Shown: positions 1 to 12,989 of the stretch, one piece after another | Layout of the letters: every line of letters starts with the position of its first letter | Numbering within the stretch: the stretch's first letter is position 1 | From: Eledone cirrhosa | Taxonomy: Eukaryota | DNA: 64,000 nt | NCBI GenBank assembly: GCA_964016885.1 | Contig: OZ024759.1 | Span: 5,394,001-5,458,000, forward strand | Reading direction: 5' to 3' | Notes under the pieces: model-generated | Databases searched by the model: none | What the model saw: the letters and a program-made list of their open reading frames with translations, nothing else | Told to the model about the DNA's origin: nothing | Program-made: the position numbers and the translations under genes

Positions 1-1929
1 TATTAGCTGTCAGAAGTAACTCCACTGTTGGTGAGAATTCATTTAAGTTCATGGTATTAGCTGTCAAAAGTAACTCCACTGTTGGTGAGAATTCATTTAA
101 GTTCATGGTATTAGCTGTCAGAAGTAACTCCACTGTTGGTGAGAATTCATTTAAGTTCATGGTACTAGCTGTCAGAAGTAACTCCACTGTTGGTGAGAAT
201 TCATTTAAGTCATGGTATTAGCTGTCAGAAGTAACTCCAATGTTGGTGAGAATTCATTTAAGTCATGGTACTAGCTGTCAGAAGTAACTCCAATGTTGGT
301 GAGAATTCATTTAAGTTCATGGTATTAGCTGTCAGAAGGAACTCCACTGTTGGTGAGAATTCATTTAAGTTCATGGTACTAGCTGTCAGAAGTAACTCCA
401 CTGTTGGTGAGAATTCAGTTAAGTTCATGGTACTAGCTGTCAGAAGTAACTCCTCTGTTGGTGAGAATTCAGTTAAGTTCATGGTATTAGCTGTCAGAAG
501 GAACTCCACTGTTGGTGAGAATTCATTTAAGTTCATGGTATTAGCTGTCAGAAGTAACTCCACTGTTGGTGAGAATTCATTTAAGTTCATGGTTCTAGCT
601 GTCAGAAGTAACTCCACTGTTGGTGAGAATTCATTTAAGTTCATGGTACTAGCTGTCAGAAGTAACTCCACTGTTGGTGAGAATTCATTTAAGTCATGGT
701 TCTAGCTGTCAGAAGTAACTCCACTGTTGGTGAGAATTCATTTAAGTTCATGGTACTAGCTGTCAGAAGTAACTCCACTGTTGGTGAGAATTCATTTAAG
801 TTCATGGTACTAGCTGTCAGAAGTAACTCCACTGTTGGTGAGAATTCATTTAAGTTCATAGTACTAGCTGTCAGAAGTAACTCCACTGTTGGTGAGAATT
901 CATTTAAGTTCATGGTACTAGCTGTCAGAAGTAACTCCAATGTTGGTGAGAATTCATTTAAGTTCATGGTATTAGCTGTCAGAAGGAACTCCACTGTTGG
1001 TGAGAATTCATTTAAGTTCATGGTATTAGCTGTCAGAAGTAACTCCACTGTTGGTGAGAATTCATTTAAGTTCATGGTACTAGTTGTCAGAAGTAACTCC
1101 ACTGTTGGTGAGAATTCATTTAAGTTCATGGTATTAGTTGTCAGAAGTAACTCCACTGTTGGTGAGAATTCATTTAAGTCATGGTATTAGTTGTCAGAAG
1201 TAACTCCAATGTTGGTGAGAATTCATTTAAGTTCATGGTACTAGCTGTCAGAAGTAACTCCACTGTTGGTGAGAATTCATTTAAGTTGATGGTATTAGCT
1301 GTCAGAAGTAACTCCACTGTTGGTGAGAATTCATTTAAGTCATGGTATTAGCTGTCAGAAGTAACTCCATTGTTGGTGAGAATTCATTTAAGTCATGGTA
1401 CTAGCTGTCAGAAGTAACTCCACTGTTGGTGAGAATTCATTTAAGTTCATGGTACTAGCTGTCAGAAGTAACTCCACTGTTGGTGAGAATTCATTTAAGT
1501 TCATGGTATTAGCTGTCAGAAGTAATTCCACTGTTGGTGAGAATTCATTTAAGTTCATGGTATTAGTTGTCAGAAGTAACTCCAATGTTGGTGAGAATTC
1601 ATTTAAGTTCATGGTACTAGCTGTCAGAAGTAACTCCACTGTTGGTGAGAATTCATTTAAGTTCATGGTATTAGCTGTCAGAAGTAACTCCACTGTTGGT
1701 GAGAATTCATTTAAGTTCATGGTATTAGCTGTCAGAAGTAACTCCACTGTTGGTGAGAATTCACTAAGTCATGGTATTAGTTTTCAGAAGTAACTCCAAT
1801 GTTGGTGAGAATTCATTTAAGTTCATGGTACTAGCTGTCAGAAGTAACTCCACTGTTGGTGAGAATTCATGTAAGTTCATGGTATTAGCTGTCAGAAGTA
1901 ACTCCACTGTTGGTGAGAATTCATTTAAG

Positions 1930-4900
1930 TTCATGGTATTAGCTGTCAAAAGTAACTCCACTGTTGGTGAGAATTCATTTAAGTCATGGTACTAGCTGTC
2001 AGAAGTAACTCCACTGTTGGTGAGAATTCATTTAAGTTCATGGTATTAGCTGTCAGAAGTAACTCCACTGTTGGTGAGAATTCATTTAAGTTCATGGTAT
2101 TAGCTGTCAGAAGTAACTCCACTGTTGGTGAAAATTCATTTAAGTTCATGGTACTAGCTGTCAGAAGTAACTCCACTGTTGGTGACAATTCATTTAAGTT
2201 CATGGTACTAGCTGTCAGAAGTAACTCCAATGTTGGTGAGAATTCATTTAAGTTCATGGTATTAGCTGTCAGAAGTAACTCCACTGTTGGTGAGAATTCA
2301 TTTAAATTCATGGTATTAGCTGTCAAAAGTAACTCCACTGTTGGTGAGAATTCATTTAAGTTCATGGTATTAGCTGTCAGAAGTAACTCCACTGTTGGTG
2401 AGAATTCATTTAAGTTCATGGTACTAGCTGTCAGAAGTAACTCCACTGTTGGTGAGAATTCATTTAAGTCATGGTATTAGCTGTCAGAAGTAACTCCAAT
2501 GTTGGTGAGAATTCATTTAAGTCATGGTACTAGCTGTCAGAAGTAACTCCAATGTTGGTGAGAATTCATTTAAGTTCATGGTATTAGCTGTCAGAAGGAA
2601 CTCCACTGTTGGTGAGAATTCATTTAAGTTCATGGTACTAGCTGTCAGAAGTAACTCCACTGTTGGTGAGAATTCAGTTAAGTTCATGGTACTAGCTGTC
2701 AGAAGTAACTCCTCTGTTGGTGAGAATTCAGTTAAGTTCATGGTATTAGCTGTCAGAAGGAACTCCACTGTTGGTGAGAATTCATTTAAGTTCATGGTAT
2801 TAGCTGTCAGAAGTAACTCCACTGTTGGTGAGAATTCATTTAAGTTCATGGTTCTAGCTGTCAGAAGTAACTCCACTGTTGGTGAGAATTCATTTAAGTT
2901 CATGGTACTAGCTGTCAGAAGTAACTCCACTGTTGGTGAGAATTAATTTAAATCATGGTATTAGTTGTCAGAAGTAACTCCAATGTTGGTGAGAATTCAT
3001 TTAAGTTCATGGTACTAGCTGTCAGAAGTAACTCCACTGTTGGTGAGAATTCATTTAAGTTCATGGTATTAGCTGTCAGAAGTAACTCCACTGTTGGTGA
3101 GAATTCATTTAAGTCATGGTCTTAGCTGTCAGAAGTAACTCCATTGTTGGTGAGAATTCATTTAAGTCATGGTACTAGCTGTCAGAAGTAACTCCACTGT
3201 TGGTGAGAATTCATTTAAGTGCATGGTACTAGCTGTCAGAAGTAACTCCACTGTTGGTGAGAATTCATTTAAGTTCATGGTACTAGCTGTCAGAAGTAAC
3301 TCCACTGTTGGTGAGAATTCATTTAAGTTCATAGTACTAGCTGTCAGAAGTAACTCCACTGTTGGTGAGAATTCATTTAAGTTCATGGTACTAGCTGTCA
3401 GAAGTAACTCCAATGTTGGTGAGAATTCATTTAAGTTCATGGTATTAGCTGTCAGAAGGAACTCCACTGTTGGTGAGAATTCATTTAAGTTCATGGTATT
3501 AGCTGTCAGAAGTAACTCCACTGTTGGTGAGAATTCATTTAAGTTCATGGTACTAGTTGTCAGAAGTAACTCCACTGTTGGTGAGAATTCATTTAAGTTC
3601 ATGGTATTAGTTGTCAGAAGTAACTCCACTGTTGGTGAGAATTCATTTAAGTCATGGTATTAGTTGTCAGAAGTAACTCCAATGTTGGTGAGAATTCATT
3701 TAAGTTCATGGTACTAGCTGTCAGAAGTAACTCCACTGTTGGTGAGAATTCATTTAAGTTCATGGTATTAGCTGTCAGAAGTAACTCCACTGTTGGTGAG
3801 AATTCATTTAAGTCATGGTCTTAGTTGTCAGAAGTAACTCCATTGTTGGTGAGAATTCATTTAAGTCATAGTACTAGCTGTCAGAAGTAACTCCACTGTT
3901 GGTGAGAATTCATTTAAGTGCATGGTACTAGCTGTCAGAAGTAACTCCACTGTTGGTGAGAATTCATTTAAGTTCATGGTACTAGCTGTCAGAAGTAACT
4001 CCACTGTTGGTGAGAATTCATTTAAGTTCATAGTACTAGCTGTCAGAAGTAACTCCACTGTTGGTGAGAATTCATTTAAGTTCATGGTACTAGCTGTCAG
4101 AAGTAACTCCAATGTTGGTGAGAATTCATTTAAGTTCATGGTATTAGCTGTCAGAAGGAACTCCACTGTTGGTGAGAATTCATTTAAGTTCATGGTATTA
4201 GCTGTCAGAAGTAACTCCACTGTTGGTGAGAATTCATTTAAGTTCATGGTATTAGCTGTCAGAAGTAACTCCACTGTTGGTGAGAATTCATTTAAGTTCA
4301 TGGTATTAGCTGTCAAAAGTAACTCCACTGTTGGTGAGAATTCATTTAAGTCATGGTACTAGCTGTCAGAAGTAACTCCACTGTTGGTGAGAATTCATTT
4401 AAGTTCATGGTATTAGCTGTCAGAAGTAACTCCACTGTTGGTGAGAATTCATTTAAGTTCATGGTATTAGCTGTCAGAAGTAACTCCACTGTTGGTGAAA
4501 ATTCATTTAAGTTCATGGTACTAGCTGTCAGAAGTAACTCCACTGTTGGTGAGAATTCATTTAAGTTCATGGTACTAGCTGTCAGAAGTAACTCCAATGT
4601 TGGTGAGAATTCATTTAAGTTCATGGTATTAGCTGTCAGAAGTAACTCCACTGTTGGTGAGAATTCATTTAAATTCATGGTATTAGCTGTCAAAAGTAAC
4701 TCCACTGTTGGTGAGAATTCATTTAAGTTCATGGTATTAGCTGTCAGAAGTAACTCCACTGTTGGTGAGAATTCATTTAAGTTCATGGTACTAGCTGTCA
4801 GAAGTAACTCCACTGTTGGTGAGAATTCATTTAAGTCATGGTATTAGCTGTCAGAAGTAACTCCAATGTTGGTGAGAATTCATTTAAGTCATGGTACTAG

Positions 4901-6560
4901 CTGTCAGAAGTAACTCCAATGTTGGTGAGAATTCATTTAAGTTCATGGTATTAGCTGTCAGAAGGAACTCCACTGTTGGTGAGAATTCATTTAAGTTCAT
5001 GGTACTAGCTGTCAGAAGTAACTCCACTGTTGGTGAGAATTCAGTTAAGTTCATGGTACTAGCTGTCAGAAGTAACTCCTCTGTTGGTGAGAATTCAGTT
5101 AAGTTCATGGTATTAGCTGTCAGAAGGAACTCCACTGTTGGTGAGAATTCATTTAAGTTCATGGTATTAGCTGTCAGAAGTAACTCCACTGTTGGTGAGA
5201 ATTCATTTAAGTTCATGGTTCTAGCTGTCAGAAGTAACTCCACTGTTGGTGAGAATTCATTTAAGTTCATGGTACTAGCTGTCAGAAGTAACTCCACTGT
5301 TGGTGAGAATTAATTTAAATCATGGTATTAGTTGTCAGAAGTAACTCCAATGTTGGTGAGAATTCATTTAAGTTCATGGTACTAGCTGTCAGAAGTAACT
5401 CCACTGTTGGTGAGAATTCATTTAAGTTCATGGTATTAGCTGTCAGAAGTAACTCCACTGTTGGTGAGAATTCATTTAAGTCATGGTCTTAGCTGTCAGA
5501 AGTAACTCCATTGTTGGTGAGAATTCATTTAAGTCATGGTACTAGCTGTCAGAAGTAACTCCACTGTTGGTGAGAATTCATTTAAGTGCATGGTACTAGC
5601 TGTCAGAAGTAACTCCACTGTTGGTGAGAATTCATTTAAGTTCATGGTACTAGCTGTCAGAAGTAACTCCACTGTTGGTGAGAATTCATTTAAGTTCATA
5701 GTACTAGCTGTCAGAAGTAACTCCACTGTTGGTGAGAATTCATTTAAGTTCATGGTACTAGCTGTCAGAAGTAACTCCAATGTTGGTGAGAATTCATTTA
5801 AGTTCATGGTATTAGCTGTCAGAAGGAACTCCACTGTTGGTGAGAATTCATTTAAGTTCATGGTATTAGCTGTCAGAAGTAACTCCACTGTTGGTGAGAA
5901 TTCATTTAAGTTCATGGTACTAGTTGTCAGAAGTAACTCCACTGTTGGTGAGAATTCATTTAAGTTCATGGTATTAGTTGTCAGAAGTAACTCCACTGTT
6001 GGTGAGAATTCATTTAAGTCATGGTATTAGTTGTCAGAAGTAACTCCAATGTTGGTGAGAATTCATTTAAGTTCATGGTACTAGCTGTCAGAAGTAACTC
6101 CACTGTTGGTGAGAATTCATTTAAGTTCATGGTATTAGCTGTCAGAAGTAACTCCACTGTTGGTGAGAATTCATTTAAGTCATGGTCTTAGCTGTCAGAA
6201 GTAACTCCATTGTTGGTGAGAATTCATTTAAGTCATGGTACTAGCTGTCAGAAGTAACTCCACTGTTGGTGAGAATTCATTTAAGTGCATGGTACTAGCT
6301 GTCAGAAGTAACTCCACTGTTGGTGAGAATTCATTTAAGTTCATGGTACTAGCTGTCAGAAGTAACTCCACTGTTGGTGAGAATTCATTTAAGTTCATAG
6401 TACTAGCTGTCAGAAGTAACTCCACTGTTGGTGAGAATTCATTTAAGTTCATGGTACTAGCTGTCAGAAGTAACTCCAATGTTGGTGAGAATTCATTTAA
6501 GTTCATGGTATTAGCTGTCAGAAGGAACTCCACTGTTGGTGAGAATTCATTTAAGTTCAT
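1930..6560. repeat. Tandem segmental duplication inside the satellite, period 2367 bp (44 monomers), ~2 copies
   Basis: ORF-track blocks repeat at +2367 (1979/4346, 2517/4884, 3162/5529, 3861/6228). Rare variants GTGAAAATTC (~2131/~4498) and TTTAAATTCA (~2301/~4668) recur at the same offset. Confidence 0.9.
2950..4250. repeat. 699-bp (13-monomer) higher-order repeat, tandem copies
   Basis: Rare variants GGTCTTAG (~3120/~3819) and AAGTGCAT (~3220/~3919) are 699 bp apart, and ORF blocks sit at 3162/3861. 699 = 13x54 - 3. Confidence 0.85.
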
Positions 6561-7030
6561 GGTATTAGCTGTCAGAAGTAACTCCACTGTTGGTGAGAAT
6601 TCATTTAAGTTCATGGTACTAGTTGTCAGAAGTAACTCCACTGTTGGTGATAATTCATTTAAGTTCATGGTATTAGTTGTCAGAAGTAACTCCACTGTTG
6701 GTGAGAATTCATTTAAGTCATGGTATTAGTTGTCAGAAGTAACTCCAATGTTGGTGAGAATTCATTTAAGTTCATGGTACTAGCTGTCAGAAGTAACTCC
6801 ACTGTTGGTGAGAATTCATTTAAGTTCATGGTATTAGCTGTCAGAAGTAACTCCACTGTTGGTGAGAATTCATTTAAGTCATGGTATTAGCTGTCAGAAG
6901 TAACTCCATTGTTGGTGAGAATTCATTTAAGTCATGGTACTAGCTGTCAGAAGTAACTCCACTGTTGGTGAGAATTCATTTAAGTTCATGGTACTAGCTG
7001 TCAGAAGTAACTCCACTGTTGGTGAGAATT
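5320..7030. repeat. 699-bp (13-monomer) higher-order repeat, ~2.4 tandem copies
   Basis: ORF blocks at 5529/6228/6927. GGTCTTAG at ~5487/~6186 and AAGTGCAT at ~5587/~6286. Confidence 0.85.
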
Positions 7031-10000
7031 CATTTAAGTTCATGGTATTAGCTGTCAGAAGTAACTCCACTGTTGGTGAGAATTCATTTAAGTTCATGGT
7101 ATTAGTTGTCAGAAGTAACTCCAATGTTGGTGAGAATTCATTTAAGTTCATGGTACTAGCTGTCAGAAGTAACTCCACTGTTGGTGAGAATTCATTTAAG
7201 TTCATGGTATTAGCTGTCAGAAGTAACTCCACTGTTGGTGAGAATTCATTTAAGTTCATGGTATTAGCTGTCAGAAGTAACTCCACTGTTGGTGAGAATT
7301 CATTTAAGTCATGGTATTAGCTGTCAGAAGTAACTCCAATGTTGGTGAGAATTCATTTAAGTTCATGGTATTAGCTGTCAGAAGGAACTCTACTGTTGGT
7401 GAGAATTCATTTAAGTTCATGGTATTAGCTGTCAGAAGTAACTCCACTGTTGGTGAGAATTCATTTAAGTTCATGGTACTAGCTGTCAGAAGTAACTCCA
7501 ATGTTGGTGAGAATTCATTTAAGTTCATGGTATTAGCTGTCAGAAGTAACTCCACTGTTGGTGAGAATTCATTTAAGTTCCTGGTATTAGCTGTCAGAAG
7601 TAACTCCACTGTTGGTGAGAATTCATTTAAGTTCATGGTACTAGCTGTCAGAAGTAACTCCACTGTTGGTGAGAATTCATTTAAGTTCATGGTATTAGCT
7701 GTCAGAAGTAACTCCACTGTTGGTGAGAATTCATTTAATTTCATGGTACTAGCTGTCAGAAGTAACTCCACTGTTGGTGAGAATTCATTTAAGTCATGGT
7801 ATTAGCTGTCAGAAGTAACTCCGATGTTGGTGAGAATTCATTTAAGTCATGGTACTAGCTGTCAGAAGTAACTCCAATGTTGGTGAGAATTCATTTAAGT
7901 TCATGGTATTAGCTGTCAGAAGGAACTCCACTGTTGGTGAGAATTCATTTAAGTTCATGGTATTAGCTGTCAGAAGTAACTCCACTGTTGGTGAGAATTC
8001 ATTTAAGTTCATGGTACTAGCTGTCAGAAGTAACTCCACTGTTGGTGAGAATTCAGTTAAGTTCATGGTACTAGCTGTCAGAAGTAACTCCACTGTTGGT
8101 GAGAATTCAGTTAAGTTCATGGTATTAGCTGTCAGAAGGAACTCCACTGTTGGTGAGAATTCATTTAAGTTCATGGTATTAGCTGTCAGAAGTAACTCCA
8201 CTGTTGGTGAGAATTCATTTAAGTCATCGTATTAGTTGTCAGAAGTAACTCCAATGTTGGTGAGAATTCATTTAAGTTCATGGTACTAGCTGTCAGAAGT
8301 AACTCCACTGTTGGTGAGAATTCATTTAAGTTCATGGTATTAGCTGTCAGAAGTAACTCCACTGTTGGTGAGAATTCATTTAAGTCATGGTATTAGCTGT
8401 CAGAAGTAACTCCATTGTTTGTGAGAATTCATTTAAGTCATGGTACTAGCTGTCAGAAGTAACTCCACTGTTGGTGAGAATTCATTTAAGTTCATGGTAC
8501 TAGCTGTCAGAAGTAACTCCACTGTTGGTGAGAATTCATTTAAGTTCATGGTATTAGCTGTCAGAAGTAACTCCACTGTTGGTGAGAATTCATTTAAGTT
8601 CATGGTATTAGTTGTCAGAAGTAACTCCAATGTTGGTGAGAATTCATTTAAGTTCATGGTACTAGCTGTCAGAAGTAACTCCACTGTTGGTGAGAATTCA
8701 TTTAAGTTCATGGTATTAGCTGTCAGAAGTAACTCCAATGTTGGTGAGAATTCATTTAAGTTCATGGTATTAGTTGTCAGAAGTAACTCCACTGTTGGTG
8801 AGAATTAATTTAAATCATGGTATTAGTTGTCAGAAGTAACTCCAATGTTGGTGAGAATTCATTTAAGTTCATGGTACTAGCTGTCAGAAGTAACTCCACT
8901 GTTGGTGAGAATTCATTTAAGTTCATGGTATTAGCTGTCAGAAGTAACTCCACTGTTGGTGAGAATTCATTTAAGTCATGGTATTAGCTGTCAGAAGTAA
9001 CTCCATTGTTGGTGAGAATTCATTTAAGTCATGGTACTAGCTGTCAGAAGTAACTCCACTGTTGGTGAGAATTCATTTAAGTTCATGGTACTAGCTGTCA
9101 GAAGTAACTCCACTGTTGGTGAGAATTCATTTAAGTTCATGGTACTAGCTGTCAGAAGTAACTCCAATGTTGGTGAGAATTCATTTAAGTTCATGGTATT
9201 AGCTGTCAGAAGGAACTCCACTGTTGGTGAGAATTCATTTAAGTTCATGGTATTAGCTGTCAGAAGTAACTCCACTGTTGGTGAGAATTCATTTAAGTTC
9301 ATGGTACTAGTTGTCAGAAGTAACTCCACTGTTGGTGAGAATTCATTTAAGTTCATGGTATTAGTTGTCAGAAGTAACTCCACTGTTCGTGAGAATTCAT
9401 TTAAGTCATGGTATTAGTTGTCAGAAGTAACTCCAATGTTGGTGAGAATTCATTTAAGTTCATGGTACTAGCTGTCAGAAGTAACTCCACTGTTGGTGAG
9501 AATTCATTTAAGTCATGGTATTAGCTGTCAGAAGTAACTCCATTGTTGGTGAGAATTCATTTAAGTCATGGTACTAGCTGTCAGAAGTAACTCCACTGTT
9601 GGTGAGAATTCATTTAAGTTCATGGTACTAGCTGTCAGAAGTAACTCCACTGTTGGTGAGAATTCATTTAAGTTCATGGTATTAGCTGTCAGAAGTAACT
9701 CCACTGTTGGTGAGAATTCATTTAAGTTCATGGTATTAGTTGTCAGAAGTAACTCCAATGTTGGTGAGAATTCATTTAAGTTCATGGTACTAGCTGTCAG
9801 AAGTAACTCCACTGTTGGTGAGAATTCATTTAAGTTCATGGTATTAGCTGTCAGAAGTAACTCCACTGTTGGTGAGAATTCATTTAAGTTCATGGTATTA
9901 GCTGTCAGAAGTAACTCCACTGTTGGTGAGAATTCATTTAAGTCATGGTATTAGTTGTCAGAAGTAACTCCAATGTTGGTGAGAATTCATTTAAGTTCAT

Positions 10001-12989
10001 GGTACTAGCTGTCAGAAGTAACTCCACTGTTGGTGAGAATTCATTTAAGTTCATGGTATTAGCTGTCAGAAGTAACTCCACTGTTGGTGAGAATTCATTT
10101 AAGTTCATGGTATTAGCTGTCAAAAGTAACTCCACTGTTGGTGAGAATTCATTTAAGTCATGGTACTAGCTGTCAGAAGTAACTCCACTGTTGGTGAGAA
10201 TTCATTTAAGTTCATGGTATTAGCTGTCAGAAGTAACTCCACTGTTGGTGAGAATTCATTTAAGTTCATGGTATTAGCTGTCAGAAGTAACTCCACTGTT
10301 GGTGAGAATTCATTTAAGTTCATGGTACTAGCTGTCAGAAGTAACTCCACTGTTGGTGAGAATTCATTTAAGTTCATGGTACTCGCTGTCAGAAGTAACT
10401 CCAATGTTGGTGAGAATTCATTTAAGTTCATGGTATTAGCTGTCAGAAGTAACTCCACTGTTGGTGAGAATTCATTTAAGTTCATGGTATTAGCTGTCAG
10501 AAGTAACTCCACTGTTGGTGAGAATTCATTTAAGTTCATGGTATTAGCTGTCAGAAGTAACTCCACTGTTGGTGAGAATTCATTTAAGTTCATGGTACTA
10601 GCTGTCAGAAGTAACTCCACTGTTGGTGAGAATTCATTTAAGTCATGGTATTAGCTGTCAGAAGTAACTCCAATGTTGGTGAGAATTCATTTAAGTCATG
10701 GTACTAGCTGTCAGAAGTAACTCCAATGTTGGTGAGAATTCATTTAAGTTCATGGTATTAGCTGTCAGAAGGAACTCCACTGTTGGTGAGAATTCATTTA
10801 AGTTCATGGTACTAGCTGTCAGAAGTAACTCCACTGTTGGTGAGAATTCAGTTAAGTTCATGGTACTAGCTGTCAGAAGTAACTCCTCTGTTGGTGAGAA
10901 TTCAGTTAAGTTCATGGTATTAGCTGTCAGAAGGAACTCCACTGTTGGTGAGAATTCATTTAAGTTCATGGTATTAGCTGTCAGAAGTAACTCCACTGTT
11001 GGTGAGAATTCATTTAAGTTCATGGTTCTAGCTGTCAGAAGTAACTCCACTGTTGGTGAGAATTCATTTAAGTTCATGGTACTAGCTGTCATAAGTAACT
11101 CCACTGTTGGTGAGAATTCAGTTAAGTTCATGGTATTAGTTGTCAGAAGTAACTCCACTGTTGGTGAGAATTAATTTAAATCATGGTATTAGTTGTCAGA
11201 AGTAACTCCAATGTTGGTGAGAATTCATTTAAGTTCATGGTACTAGCTGTCAGAAGTAACTCCACTGTTGGTGAGAATTCATTTAAGTTCATGGTATTAG
11301 CTGTCAGAAGTAACTCCACTGTTGGTGAGAATTCATTTAAGTCATGGTATTAGCTGTCAGAAGTAACTCCATTGTTGGTGAGAATTCATTTAAGTCATGG
11401 TACTAGCTGTCAGAAGTAACTCCACTGTTGGTGAGAATTCATTTAAGTTCATGGTACTAGCTGTCAGAAGTAACTCCACTGTTGGTGAGAATTCATTTAA
11501 GTTCATGGTACTAGCTGTCAGAAGTAACTCCACTGTTGGTGAGAATTCATTTAAGTTCATAGTACTAGCTGTCAGAAGTAACTCCACTGTTGGTGAGAAT
11601 TCATTTAAGTTCATGGTACTAGCTGTCAGAAGTAACTCCAATGTTGGTGAGAATTCATTTAAGTTCATGGTATTAGCTGTCAGAAGGAACTCCACTGTTG
11701 GTGAGAATTCATTTAAGTTCATGGTATTAGCTGTCAGAAGTAACTCCACTGTTGGTGAGAATTCATTTAAGTTCATGGTACTAGTTGTCAGAAGTAACTC
11801 CACTGTTGGTGAGAATTCATTTAAGTTCATGGTATTAGTTGTCAGAAGTAACTGCACTGTTGGTGAGAATTCATTTAAGTCATGGTATTAGTTGTCAGAA
11901 GTAACTCCAATGTTGGTGAGAATTCATTTAAGTTCATGGTACTAGCTGTCAGAAGTAACTCCACTGTTGCTGAGAATTCATTTAAGTTCATGGTATTAGC
12001 TGTCAGAAGTAACTCCACTGTTGGTGAGAATTCATTTAAGTCATGGTATTAGCTGTCAGAAGTAACTCCATTGTTGGTGAGAATTCATTTAAGTCATGGT
12101 ACTAGCTGTCAGAAGTAACTCCACTGTTGGTGAGAATTCATTTAAGTTCATGGTACTAGCTGTCAGAAGTAACTCCACTGTTGGTGAGAATTCATTTAAG
12201 TTCATGGTATTAGCTGTCAGAAGTAACTCCACTGTTGGTGAGAATTCATTTAAGTTCATGGTATTAGTTGTCAGAAGTAACTCCAATGTTGGTGAGAATT
12301 CATTTAAGTTCATGGTACTAGCTGTCAGAAGTAACTCCACTGTTGGTGAGAATTCATTTAAGTTCATGGTATTAGCTGTCAGAAGTAACTCCACTGTTGG
12401 TGAGAATTCATTTAAGTTCATGGTATTAGCTGTCAGAAGTAACTCCACTGTTGGTGAGAATTCATTTAAGTCATGGTATTAGCTGTCAGAAGTAACTCCA
12501 ATGTTGGTGAGAATTCATTTAAGTTCATGGTATTAGCTGTCAGAAGGAACTCTACTGTTGGTGAGAATTCATTTAAGTTCATGGTATTAGCTGTCAGAAG
12601 TAACTCCACTGTTGGTGAGAATTCATTTAAGTTCATGGTACTAGCTGTCAGAAGTAACTCCAATGTTGGTGAGAATTCATTTAAGTTCATGGTATTAGCT
12701 GTCAGAAGTAACTCCACTGTTGGTGAGAATTCATTTAAGTTCATGGTATTAGCTGTCAGAAGTAACTCCACTGTTGGTGAGAATTCATTTAAGTTCATGG
12801 TACTAGCTGTCAGAAGTAACTACACTGTTGGTGAGAATTCATTTAAGTTCATGGTATTAGCTGTCAGAAGTAACTCCACTGTTGGTGAGAATTCATTTAA
12901 GTTCATGGTACTAGCTGTCAGAAGTAACTCCACTGTTTGTGAGAATTCATTTAAGTCATGGTATTAGCTGTCAGAAGTAACTCCGATGT

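Noticed and set aside
19-40. Hairpin/terminator at CTCCACTGTTGGTGAG (CCAA-TG-TTGG in the A variant)
   Set aside because: The stem is only 3-4 bp with no U-tract or gene context, which is expected by chance.
1-162. 3 x 54 = 162 bp as a nucleosome-sized functional unit; CENP-B box
   Set aside because: No trimeric periodicity of variants is visible. The canonical CENP-B box needs two CpGs (TTCG....A..CGGG), which the consensus lacks.
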